From Halanaerobiales bacterium (lineage in GTDB: Bacteria; Bacillota; Halanaerobiia; Halanaerobiales; M55B127), in NCBI GenBank assembly GCA_018334565.1, contig JAGXLU010000004.1, forward strand, positions 13,909-77,908: a stretch of DNA of 64,000 bases. The letters run 5' to 3'. Under the pieces are notes generated by a model that saw only the letters and a list, made by a program, of their open reading frames with translations, was not told the DNA's origin and ran no database searches. This document shows, piece after piece, positions 19,476 through 28,767 of this stretch. A program made the translations under genes and the position numbers. Positions within the stretch are counted from its first letter, which is position 1. Each line of letters begins with the position of its first letter.

Positions 19476-20513
19476 TTATAATCTTTTTATTTTTTCTTGA
19501 TAAGGTGGTTTGATTACACCTTTTTCTGTTATGATAGCCGAAATATTATCAGCTGGTGTAATGTCAAAAGCCGGATTATATACATCAATTCCTTTAGGTG
19601 CTATCCGAATACTTCTTATTTCAGTAATTTCTTTATCCTCTCTCACTTCAATATCTATTTCTTCTCCCTTATCTATAGTAAAATCAATAGTTGAAGTTGG
19701 AGCAGCTACATAAAAGGGAATGCCATAATTTTTAGCAACTACTGATAACATAAATGTACCAATTTTATTAGCTGTATCTCCATTTCTAGCTATTCTATCT
19801 GCACCCACAATAACCTTATCAATCACTTGATCTTTTAATAAGGTAGCAGCCGCACTATCGACTATCAAAGTTGCTTGAATGTTTTCTTCCATCATCTCAA
19901 AAGCTGTTAATCGTGCCCCCTGCAACCGTGGTCTAGTTTCATCTATATATACCTTTATGCCCTTATCAGAAGCATAAGCTGCCCTTATTACGCCTAAAGC
20001 TGTACCATAACCAGCTGTTGCCAGAGATCCCGCATTACAATGTGTTAATATGATATCTCTCTCATTGATTAACTCATTACCATATTTGCCCAGTCTTTTA
20101 TTATTATTAATATCTTCTTGCACAATCCTGTTGGCCTCTTTTAATAAATTATCCATTATATAATTTTTTTCCAAATCTTTCTTAAAAGCTTTATTTAACA
20201 CATTTTCCATGCGCTTTATACCCCAGCTTAAATTGACTGCAGTAGGCCTGGTTGCTAAAATTTCACTTTTGGCCTGTTTGATTTCATTTGAGAAATCAAC
20301 TTCATCTTTTTCTATTAATTCCTTAACTGCAAGATAATATCCAAAAGCCCCGGTTGCCCCAATTGCTGGTGCTCCACGTACTACCATCTTCTTTATCGCT
20401 TGACAAACTTCCTGGTAGTTACTTGCCTCATAATATTTTATTTCCAGAGGCAAAATCCTCTGATCAATTAATTTCAAAACATTATCCTGAAAAATTAAAG
20501 TTTTATGCTTCAT
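19476..20513 (-). CDS. mtnA: S-methyl-5-thioribose-1-phosphate isomerase (eIF-2B alpha/beta/delta-like)
   Basis: 345 aa. VRGAPAIGATGAFG, LTHCNAGSLATAGYGTALGVIR, GADRIARNGDTANKIGT. Confidence 0.85.
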   Translation of the reverse strand: MKHKTLIFQDNVLKLIDQRILPLEIKYYEASNYQEVCQAIKKMVVRGAPAIGATGAFGYYLAVKELIEKDEVDFSNEIKQAKSEILATRPTAVNLSWGIKRMENVLNKAFKKDLEKNYIMDNLLKEANRIVQEDINNNKRLGKYGNELINERDIILTHCNAGSLATAGYGTALGVIRAAYASDKGIKVYIDETRPRLQGARLTAFEMMEENIQATLIVDSAAATLLKDQVIDKVIVGADRIARNGDTANKIGTFMLSVVAKNYGIPFYVAAPTSTIDFTIDKGEEIDIEVREDKEITEIRSIRIAPKGIDVYNPAFDITPADNISAIITEKGVIKPPYQEKIKRL

Positions 20514-20559
20514 TTAATAACACCCCTTAAATCTTATGTTGAATATCTCTATATATTAA

Positions 20560-20877
20560 TTACTTATCTTTAAAGTTTTTTGCTGCTTTGATGCGAGATA
20601 TTATAGAAGGATGAGATGTCTTATAGAGCTTTTCCCACCGGTTATATTTTAGATGGGATAAACTACTGTCAGCCAATTTAGCGAATGCTTTACCCAGCTC
20701 CACAGGATCATAAATTATATTGAAAGCAAATTGGTCAGCCTTTATTTCATATTTCCTACTTAAATATAGTTGTAGAGGGTTAATATATGGATAATGACAA
20801 TAAAATATAAATAAAAATTTTAACAACATTAGAATAATTATAATCAATAATCTTAAATAATTTTTGGTCAAAATCAA
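20560..20877 (-). pseudogene. M48 (Ste24/HtpX-like) peptidase remnant lacking the catalytic core
   Basis: A 105-aa ORF joins a TM-like N-terminus directly to the extreme C-terminal M48 block (SRKYEIKADQFA...SHPSIISRI). No HExxH anywhere. Confidence 0.55.
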
Positions 20878-21352
20878 AGTAAAAAAACAATAGAATAGAA
20901 GTAAATTTTATTATATTGTTTACTAATAGTAATTTATCTTTTTTATTGTTATATTCTCAAGCTTTTTCTCTACTTTTTTTATCAAATAAGTTTTCAAATT
21001 ATTTTGCATCCATTAATTATACCCAATCTCCTTATTTATCTAATAGAATATCATACAAAGAAATATCAGCGTTAACATTAAATACGATCTTCTTTTATTA
21101 ATTTATTCTATACTTTGAAAAAATTTCCTGCTTAGTTATTTTTATTATCATTAATTAATTTGATGTAATCAAACAATTTTTTATTAATACATTATACCAG
21201 GGAAATTATTTGCTGCTTATCAATTATTTAGTTTTTAATAAAATATTAATCAATCTACAAAATTCCTAAATGTAATAAATCAAATTTTATATTCTAATAG
21301 TAAAAAATATAAAGGGCGTTTTATAATATTCGAAATATTATTAACAGTATTT

Positions 21353-22462
21353 TCACAATTTCTTTTCAATTTGTTTTATTTTAAAAGCATTAAATATATC
21401 TGTTCTGGTAATGATGCCAACCAGCTGATCTTCCTGTATTACCATCAATCTACCAATGTCTTCTTCTAATAATATTTGTAAAGCCTTATTTACATCTGCT
21501 TCAGGTGATATTTTTTTAATATCGGTTGACATAATATCATCAACATAAATATTATGATGCTGATCTTTTTCTATTGTTCTTATATCCTCCATGGTAACAC
21601 AACCAATCAATTTGCCGTCTTTCATAACCGGATAACCACTGTGACTATGGTGAAGCATCTTATCCAGCAATTCTCGAACAGTCAGATCGCTGGAAATATA
21701 TGATACATCCTTACTCATTAATTCTTTAACCTTTAAATTAGATAATGTAGCTTTAATCAAACTATATTGAAATTCTTGATTTGCCCTCATATAAATAAAG
21801 AAAGCAATTAATACTAAAATAAAGTTACCATATAGAACACCAATGATCCCAAAAATAAAAACTATTGCTTTACTAATCCCTACTGCAATCTTTGTAGCAG
21901 ATAAAAAGTTTCTTTTTCTAGCTAAAAATGCCCTTAATACTCTGCCACCATCATTGGGAAAGGCTGGTATCAAATTAAATAAAGCTAAAAAAACATTTAA
22001 TTCCCCTAAATACAGGATGAAGAAAATAATATCTGGCATTACAATATTAAAACTTATTTGTGCTATAAAAATAAAGGTCAACCCAATTGCCAAACTAACC
22101 ATAGGTCCAATTATGGAAATGCGAAGTTCATCATCGGGATCTTCTGACATTTCTTTTATTTCAGCCACTCCTCCTAACAACATAAGGGTTATACTGTTAA
22201 TCTCTTGCCCCCTTGAACGGGCAACAAAGGAGTGTCCTAATTCATGTAAACCTACACTAATAAATAATGATAAAGTAATAAGCAAACCCAATATATAATC
22301 AGGAACTACCATATCACTATAACTAATATTCATTATTTCAGCCATCATTTCTATATTTGTTGATACTATCCAGGCAATAAAAGGTAGGGCCAATATAAAA
22401 CTGATATGTAGCTTAATTGGTATATTAGAAATACTACCAATTTGAACTGATTTTTTAAACAT
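21353..22462 (-). CDS. Site-2 protease family (M50) metalloprotease with tandem CBS domains
   Basis: 369 aa. HELGHSFVAR, the downstream NLIPAFPNDGGRVLR motif, and a C-terminal CBS pair. Confidence 0.85.
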   Translation of the reverse strand: MFKKSVQIGSISNIPIKLHISFILALPFIAWIVSTNIEMMAEIMNISYSDMVVPDYILGLLITLSLFISVGLHELGHSFVARSRGQEINSITLMLLGGVAEIKEMSEDPDDELRISIIGPMVSLAIGLTFIFIAQISFNIVMPDIIFFILYLGELNVFLALFNLIPAFPNDGGRVLRAFLARKRNFLSATKIAVGISKAIVFIFGIIGVLYGNFILVLIAFFIYMRANQEFQYSLIKATLSNLKVKELMSKDVSYISSDLTVRELLDKMLHHSHSGYPVMKDGKLIGCVTMEDIRTIEKDQHHNIYVDDIMSTDIKKISPEADVNKALQILLEEDIGRLMVIQEDQLVGIITRTDIFNAFKIKQIEKKL

Positions 22463-22474
22463 TAATATTACCCC

Positions 22475-23305
22475 CTAAAATTCAATTTCTAATTTTTTTT
22501 CAAAATCAAATGTTTTTCTATGAATTGGGGTAAAACCAAGCTCTTTTACAGCTATTCTGTGTTCTTTTGTTATATAACCATAGTTTGTATCAAAATGATA
22601 ATCAGGATATTTACCATGCAGTTTTTTCATTCTGTTTTCCCTATGCACCTTTGCCGCTATAGAAGCACAGGCTATTGTGTATATCTTCTTTTTTGTATTT
22701 TTTATAACTTTATTATCTCTTTTATTAATACCATATTTATAGTATATGAAGAAATCTTTTTCAATATTTAATTCAACTGCCTGCTCTAATGTCTCTTCTA
22801 TTTCTCTATAACCTGTTTTAATCGCTTCTTTCAAACCTAATTTATCAATTGCCTCCACATTAATATGCTTTATATTAATATATTCAGATTCATTTTTTAG
22901 CTTCTTAAAAATTTTTAATCTCTGTTTTTGAGTTAAATTATTACAATAATCAATACCCATAATTTCTGTGAAACGATTTAATTTCAATATACATAAGGTT
23001 AAAGGACCAGCTGCAGCTGTCAAACCAGTAACATAAAATCCATATATATTATGATAACCTTTGTTATATATTTGGTTTTCTATGTTTTTAAAAGTTGATA
23101 GTTTCCCTTTCAATTTCTGTATTTTATGATATCTTTTTTCACAATTTAATGCTATCTTAGTGGTAGTTTTTCTGCTATCAGTAAAAAGAGCATCAATTAA
23201 ATCACGATCTATCTCAATTTTTTTAATTAATCTTCTGATTTCAGCAACAGATTTATCAGTTATATTATATTTATCATCAAATTGTAATTTTGGTTTGTAC
23301 TTCAT
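22475..23305 (-). CDS. RNase HII-like protein with substituted active-site residues
   Basis: 276 aa. The C-terminus ACASIAAKVHRENRMKKLHGKYPDYHFDTNYGYITKEHRIAVKELGFTPIHRKTF is RNase HII-like. Where the family has IAGxDEAGRGPLAGPV, this protein reads IYGFYVTGLTAAAGPL. Confidence 0.65.
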   Translation of the reverse strand: MKYKPKLQFDDKYNITDKSVAEIRRLIKKIEIDRDLIDALFTDSRKTTTKIALNCEKRYHKIQKLKGKLSTFKNIENQIYNKGYHNIYGFYVTGLTAAAGPLTLCILKLNRFTEIMGIDYCNNLTQKQRLKIFKKLKNESEYINIKHINVEAIDKLGLKEAIKTGYREIEETLEQAVELNIEKDFFIYYKYGINKRDNKVIKNTKKKIYTIACASIAAKVHRENRMKKLHGKYPDYHFDTNYGYITKEHRIAVKELGFTPIHRKTFDFEKKLEIEF

Positions 23306-23454
23306 CAGATCAGCACCTTGTTTTTTTATATAAACTCTTTATTATATAATTATTCATTAAAGTCCAAAATCCTTTATATAAAGTACTTTATAACCCTGCA
23401 AAAACAATCGGTTTTATAATTTCACTTTTTATCACAAATTGTTTAATTTTTAAA

Positions 23455-23985
23455 TTTTTATGTTTTTTAAAACTAAGTTAATTACTTTCTTATCTTGAAT
23501 CTTCCTAGCTACTCTGGACATTAAAATATCATGATTAACTCGGTCAAAAAACTTTGAAAGGTCCATATCTACTATTCAATGTTTCCCGGATTGCATATAT
23601 TCTCTAGCTTAATTTACTACCATCTTCTGGTTGTGCCTCTTTCTGAATTCAAGACTACTGGCTGAAAATTCTTCATCAAATTTCCAGTCCGATTTCTGTA
23701 TCATTGCCAGCTGGTACGCAGGTATTTTCGGAGTTCCGACACCTGCATTCCATCTATTTTAGGAGCAATGTCTTTCTTCTCCATGTATTCCAGTGCTTAA
23801 ATACATTATCCCATAAAATGTGCTCCATCAATTCCATACTTTTCCTCTTGCGACACTTCTCCTATCAGCCGTAACGGATATGTTCAGCACTCCAATAGGC
23901 CCTTCGTACTTCCAGTGCCGGTATAACCCCTGTAGCATTTTCTGTCTTCATTGCATATCCATGTCGATACTCATATGTCCATCTC
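23455..23985 (-). pseudogene. Group II intron reverse transcriptase/maturase, fragmented
   Basis: Frame-hopping translation gives LMEHIL..NVFKALEYMEKKDIAPKIDGMQVSELRKYL and FSASSLEFRKRHNQ..IVDMDLSKFFDRVNHDILMSRVARKIQDKKVINLV (RT domains 0-4). There are several stops and frameshifts. The fingers-to-X/En part is absent. Confidence 0.75.
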
Positions 23986-24440
23986 TGATTTGATGTTCAA
24001 GCCTTCCCTGAATATCGTGCATCCCGGGAGTAACAACTACTTAAAGTAGTTATTGCTATAAATCAGTTAGACTAAAAACTTTGATGTGTTGTGAAACAGT
24101 ATACAGTACTATGACAGAAACTAACTTCTCATGCTAAATCTTATTTAAACCACATATATAATGTGTCCATGAAATCTCACAGCTTAAGTACTAAATCTTT
24201 CATTTCATATATCCGTCATATCTACTGTGATAACTTTCGCACAATAGGGACTTTGTTTTGTATTGCAAACTCATCCAGTTATATTCAGCCTCAAATGTGA
24301 TTTAAGTACCTCGGATGGAAATTTTGCTTTAGACTTCCTTCAGATTCGTAGTCACCTACGACACCCTTGTCTTTAGCTAATTTTTAAATCGTGTTCGGGA
24401 TTCAGGACTTTCCCCCTATAAATTAAGTGCATGCCTGTCA
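23455..24440 (-). mobile_element. Group IIC intron relic (domains I-III plus degraded, 3'-truncated RT ORF)
   Basis: Starts on the minus strand just after the csp terminator. Blocks: TATAGGGGGAAAGTCCTGAATCCCGAAC, CAAGGGTGTCGTAGGTGA, GAATCTGAAGGAAG, CACATTTGAGGCT, GGATGAGTTTGCAATACAAAACAAAGTCC, GTCATAGTAC, CAGGGAAGGCTTGAAC. RT-like reading frames follow. Confidence 0.8.
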
Positions 24441-24450
24441 AAAAAACAGT

Positions 24451-24478
24451 AAAGCCCCGGTTAAATAACCGGGGCTTT
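24451..24478 (-). terminator. Rho-independent terminator of csp
   Basis: Minus strand reads AAAGCCCCGG-TTATTTAA-CCGGGGCTTT followed by ACTGTTTTTTT. Confidence 0.8.
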
Positions 24479-24499
24479 CTTTTTAAAATATTAATCTAT

Positions 24500-24706
24500 T
24501 TACATTTTTTCTACATTTTCAGCTTGAGGACCACGCTCAGCTTCAACTATTTCAAATTCTACCTCTTCGCCTTCTTCTAAACTTTTATAGCCATCTTCAT
24601 TAATAGCAGAAAAATGTACAAAAACATCTTCTTCAGAGTCTTCCCTTTCAATAAATCCAAAACCTTTTCTAGAATCAAACCATTTAACTTTTCCAGTATA
24701 AATCAT
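24500..24706 (-). CDS. csp: Cold-shock protein (CspA family)
   Basis: 68 aa. [25 protein letters not shown] (RNP1/RNP2). Confidence 0.95.
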   Translation of the reverse strand: MIYTGKVKWFDSRKGFGFIEREDSEEDVFVHFSAINEDGYKSLEEGEEVEFEIVEAERGPQAENVEKM

Positions 24707-24741
24707 TTAAATATTCCTCCTGTATATATTTATTTATTATA

Positions 24742-24831
24742 TGGTGCCGGGGATCGGGCTCGAACCGATACGGGAAAATAATTCCCACCGGATTTTAAGT
24801 CCGATGCGTCTGCCAATTCCGCCACCCCGGC
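24742..24831 (-). tRNA. tRNA-Leu (anticodon UAA), CCA encoded
   Basis: The reverse complement GCCGGGGTGGCGGAATTGGCAGACGCATCGGACTTAAAATCCGG..long variable arm..GGTTCGAGCCCGATCCCCGGCACCA folds as a cloverleaf. Anticodon loop is CTTAAAA. Confidence 0.9.
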
Positions 24832-24860
24832 CGACTGCAACTTTTGTTGCAACATTTTAG

Positions 24861-24889
24861 ATTATAATATAAATAACAGTACATGTCAA
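24861..24889 (-). promoter_or_regulatory. Sigma-70-type promoter for tRNA-Leu (and probably csp)
   Basis: Minus strand reads TTGACA-17 nt-TATAAT, about 30 nt upstream of the tRNA 5' end. Confidence 0.7.
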
Positions 24890-24925
24890 GAAATTACAAA
24901 TCTTCTAAAACTATAAAATATGTTA

Positions 24926-26236
24926 TCAAGCTCTTTTATTATATACTTTTCTTTGTTTAACTTCACCTGACTTGTATAAGGCAAACTCTGTAGCAGCAGA
25001 TCCGGAAATTTCTGTAAATAAACTGGTAAATAAGATGATATTAAAAATTATGACCGCCACATCAACTTCTGTATTGGTTATATGTGCAAAATCTCTTTGA
25101 ACTATATAAGCCAAATCTAATGCGACACCTATCTGGGGCATAAGTCCAAAACCTATATATTTTTGGACACTGTTAGGTGCTTTGGCTATCTTTGCTCCAA
25201 TTGATGCCCCACCAATTTTCCCTATTAATCTTGTTATTGTATATATTAATGCTATTATCATAAATGAACTTGTAAAAATATTAGTGATTTGTATTTTGGT
25301 ACCGGCAAGTATAAAAAACAGTGCATATAAAGGCATAGTTAAAGTTTCTATTAAATCAGCTACTCCAATATGTCTTTTAGCAAAATTACAAAAAGCAAAT
25401 CCTACAAATAAATTATATATAAGTGGGGAAATATGAAGAGCAATTGATAGTGAAGTACCTCCAATCACTGTTAATAGTATCAAGAAAATCTTCTGTTTTT
25501 TTGAATGGTCAAAACAAATATACCTTTGAGAAACATAACCAATTGCTAGACCAAGACCGGCTGCTGATATAATTTTTACTAAGGGTAGAATAAAACCATT
25601 TACAATATTTAAAGCCTGCGCAGGATCAATAGTAATTAATGATATCGGTTCAACAAAACTAAATATAACGAGGGCTAAAGCCTCATCTAAAGCCAGAACA
25701 ATCATTAAAGTAGCTGAAAAAATACCCTGCACTCCATATTCTTTTAAAATCAAAACAGTTGCCGCAGGAGCAGTAGCTGTAGCAAAGGCTCCCATCAGGA
25801 TTGCTAAATAAGGTGGTTTGCCTATATATAACATACTCAATGATACCAATGCAAAAGCCCCTATAGATTCAAAAAGAATAATTAAAGTAAACTCCGTTTC
25901 CATTTTTTTTAGAACTTTAAGAGAAAGCGAAGTACCTATAGTAAAAGAGATAAAAGAAACTGCTAAAATCGTTACGAAGTCAAAAGAATTAATTAAATAT
26001 GCATACCAATCAATAAACTCCTCACTAAAAAAGGGGATTTGTTTTATAAGGCTAGAGCTAAATAGTGTTCCCACTAATACATAACCAGCCACACTGGGTA
26101 AACGAAATTTTTCAGTAAATGTATGGATTAAAAAAATAAATAATAATAATAAACCAATGATGAATATTATTTTATAACTTCTATGATGAACCATCATCCA
26201 ATTTTGCAAGTCTAATAAGTTATTGGTATAATCCAC
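24926..26236 (-). CDS. Cation:proton antiporter (CPA/Kef-type Na+/H+ exchanger family)
   Basis: 436 aa, about 12 TM, with the typical sodium/hydrogen exchanger family layout. Confidence 0.7.
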   Translation of the reverse strand: MDYTNNLLDLQNWMMVHHRSYKIIFIIGLLLLFIFLIHTFTEKFRLPSVAGYVLVGTLFSSSLIKQIPFFSEEFIDWYAYLINSFDFVTILAVSFISFTIGTSLSLKVLKKMETEFTLIILFESIGAFALVSLSMLYIGKPPYLAILMGAFATATAPAATVLILKEYGVQGIFSATLMIVLALDEALALVIFSFVEPISLITIDPAQALNIVNGFILPLVKIISAAGLGLAIGYVSQRYICFDHSKKQKIFLILLTVIGGTSLSIALHISPLIYNLFVGFAFCNFAKRHIGVADLIETLTMPLYALFFILAGTKIQITNIFTSSFMIIALIYTITRLIGKIGGASIGAKIAKAPNSVQKYIGFGLMPQIGVALDLAYIVQRDFAHITNTEVDVAVIIFNIILFTSLFTEISGSAATEFALYKSGEVKQRKVYNKRA

Positions 26237-26251
26237 TTATATCATCCTTTA

Positions 26252-27850
26252 TTAAATTTTTTCTCCCAATATCCAAATATATTCATTCTCCGTAAGATTA
26301 TGATTTTGATATGAAACTTCTTTGTTGCTTAAGTTATTAATTATAGTTAACTTTTTTTTATTTATTTTTCTTATTGAAATTATAAGCCCTTTTTCTGTTA
26401 TATATTCTGGTTCTGTTTTGAATAATGATGGGTTATTATTTTTAATTTCTATCATTTCCTTTAGGTTATTATAAATTAGAGCGGCCTCACTCTCAGGCTT
26501 ATTTAAAGCACTTTCTTTTCTTTTTTTATCAAAAGGCCCTCTGTTTAAATATCTGCTATCTTTATAACCATATTTTTCATTCATCTTCTGATAAAAAGCT
26601 ATATCATTCTCCATACCAATTTCATCTCCGAAATATATAATTGGAGTACCTTTAATAGAAAATAATATTGAGTAGGCTAATAAAATTTTTTTAACATCAC
26701 TACCCATTAAATTATATAATCGCCCAGAAATCCCTTCTCCCTCTCTAAAGCTCCAATGCTCATCTTTACGATAGTGCTGATTCATTAACTCTCTTTCTTT
26801 TTCTGTCACAAATTCCAAAGTTAATTCATCATGACATCTTAAAAAAGTAAACCAGGCTGTATTATCTGGCTGCTCTAAATTATCAATTATTGCAAGCTGC
26901 TTTATAATATAGTCGGGATCGTGCTCAGCTATTGATAAGAATATTTTGGGCATAATAGGAAAGTTATAAACTACATGACATTCATCCCCATTACCTAAGT
27001 ATTCAATAACATCTTTGGGCTTCTGGTTTGCTTCTGCAATCATAACTGTCCCTTCTGAAATCGCATCAAAGGTAGCTCTAAATATTTTTAATATTTTATG
27101 AGTCTCTGAGAGATTTTCACAATCAGTTCCTTCTTTTTTCCATAAAAAGGGAGCTGCATCCATTCTGAATCCATCCACACCTTTAGATATCCAATAAGTA
27201 AATGCTTTTATCATTTCATATAAAACCTCTGGATTTTTATAATTTAGATCGGGTTGAATATCATAAAACCTGTGGAAATAATAATCATCAGTTTCTTTAT
27301 TATATGTCCAGTTGCTATTTGATATTCCCTTTAAAAGCAACCGGGTGTCTTGGTATTTTTCTTTATTCTCATTCCATATGTAAAAATCACGATATTGAGA
27401 GTTTTTAGATTTTCTGGCATTTTTAAACCACATATGTTGATTAGATGTATGGTTAACTGCTATATCGAATACAATCTTTATATTTTTTTGATGTGCTCTT
27501 TTTATAAATTCAATAAACTCCTGGTTTGTGCCCAATTTACTTCTAATTTTATAATAATTGGAGATGTCAAATCCTTGATCTACCATTGGAGATTCTAAAA
27601 TAGGAAGCAGCCATAGTGTATTAACTCCTAATTTATATAAATAATCCAGTTTTTTAATTAATCCTTTGAAATCACTTGCAAAAAGATCAACATACAACGA
27701 ATATACTATACCCTCTTGATGCCAATCTAATTCATCTGGTTTATAATCTATCTCTTTTTGCCTTTCTTTTATTAAATATTCGAGTTTGCTTATGTAACGT
27801 TGATCCTTGGGGTATAAACTATCCCATAATTTTTGAATTTCAAAAAACAT
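26252..27850 (-). CDS. GH13 alpha-amylase-family enzyme, trehalose-synthase/amylosucrase-like
   Basis: 532 aa. DIAVNHTS, GVDGFRMDAAPFLWK, MIAEAN, FLRCHDELTLE catalytic-region blocks. Confidence 0.75.
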   Translation of the reverse strand: MFFEIQKLWDSLYPKDQRYISKLEYLIKERQKEIDYKPDELDWHQEGIVYSLYVDLFASDFKGLIKKLDYLYKLGVNTLWLLPILESPMVDQGFDISNYYKIRSKLGTNQEFIEFIKRAHQKNIKIVFDIAVNHTSNQHMWFKNARKSKNSQYRDFYIWNENKEKYQDTRLLLKGISNSNWTYNKETDDYYFHRFYDIQPDLNYKNPEVLYEMIKAFTYWISKGVDGFRMDAAPFLWKKEGTDCENLSETHKILKIFRATFDAISEGTVMIAEANQKPKDVIEYLGNGDECHVVYNFPIMPKIFLSIAEHDPDYIIKQLAIIDNLEQPDNTAWFTFLRCHDELTLEFVTEKERELMNQHYRKDEHWSFREGEGISGRLYNLMGSDVKKILLAYSILFSIKGTPIIYFGDEIGMENDIAFYQKMNEKYGYKDSRYLNRGPFDKKRKESALNKPESEAALIYNNLKEMIEIKNNNPSLFKTEPEYITEKGLIISIRKINKKKLTIINNLSNKEVSYQNHNLTENEYIWILGEKI

Positions 27851-27864
27851 AAAAACCTCCCTTA

Positions 27865-28767
27865 TTATTCATCAACTAACAACCCATATAAAATATCATG
27901 TTCACTAACCCTTAAATGCAATGTCCTCAAACATTTCATTACTTCTATTAAAATGATCAAACCCGGCAAAATAATATCTGCTCTGTGAGGATTTAAGCCT
28001 TTTACTTTCTTTCTTTTATTTAGTTCCAGCTTTCTCAATATATTTAATATTCTATTTATATCAGAGTATTTTAAAGTATAATTATGAATAACATTTGGTT
28101 CATAATCTTTTAACTTAAGCATAATTGAAGCAGCTGATGTTATAGTACCTCCTACCCCAATTAAATTATTTGTACCAGGTTTAATATCTAAACATTTTTT
28201 AAATTCATTATTGATATATATTGATATTTTTTCAATGACACTTTTAGATAAAGTTCCTTCCTTATTTTTAATAAATCTGTCTGCTAATCTTACTGCACCT
28301 ATATTAACACTAAATGTTTTTAACTCTTGTTGGTTGTCCTGACAAATAATCTCTGTGCTACCACCACCAATATCAATAATTATATAATTAGACAAATCTA
28401 AATCCTGAGAAACCCCCTTATAAGTTAATACAGCCTCTTTTTTGCCAGTAATAATCTTTAGTTCATAGCCAAAAGCATCTTTGATCCTTTGGATGAGTTC
28501 CTGACTGTTATTAACATCTCTTAATGCACTTGTACCTATAATTTTGACTGATTGGACATCATGTTTATCTATTTTTCGTTGAAATGAATCTATTGCATGT
28601 AGCCCCCGTTTTATAGCCTCTTTATTTAGTAATTTATTACTATCAACGCCTTCACCTAATCTAGTAGTGATTAAAGCTTTATCAATAACATTAATTTTAG
28701 AACCATTTTTCTCAGCTATTAATAACCTGGTAGAATTGGTACCCATTTCAATTATTGCTTTTTTCAT
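27865..28767 (-). CDS. Ppx/GppA family phosphatase
   Basis: 300 aa. IEMGTNSTRLLIAE, IDIGGGSTE (ASKHA fold). Confidence 0.85.
   Translation of the reverse strand: MKKAIIEMGTNSTRLLIAEKNGSKINVIDKALITTRLGEGVDSNKLLNKEAIKRGLHAIDSFQRKIDKHDVQSVKIIGTSALRDVNNSQELIQRIKDAFGYELKIITGKKEAVLTYKGVSQDLDLSNYIIIDIGGGSTEIICQDNQQELKTFSVNIGAVRLADRFIKNKEGTLSKSVIEKISIYINNEFKKCLDIKPGTNNLIGVGGTITSAASIMLKLKDYEPNVIHNYTLKYSDINRILNILRKLELNKRKKVKGLNPHRADIILPGLIILIEVMKCLRTLHLRVSEHDILYGLLVDE

Noticed and set aside
20916-21101. 61-aa plus-strand ORF in the AT-rich gap upstream of the M48 remnant.
   Set aside because: No RBS and a low-complexity translation. The region is more likely residual DNA from the deleted M48 gene.
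21843-22298. Plus-strand ORFs of 60-165 aa lying antisense inside long minus-strand genes. Examples: 370-576, 2676-2957, 3045-3353, 21843-22298, 33208-33495, 36179-36541, 40212-40562, 56573-57070, 57521-57925.
   Set aside because: Each is fully embedded in a minus-strand ORF with strong family motifs. Their translations are low-complexity (S/L/I/F/P-rich) with no recognisable motifs or RBS. They are shadow ORFs typical of AT-rich DNA.
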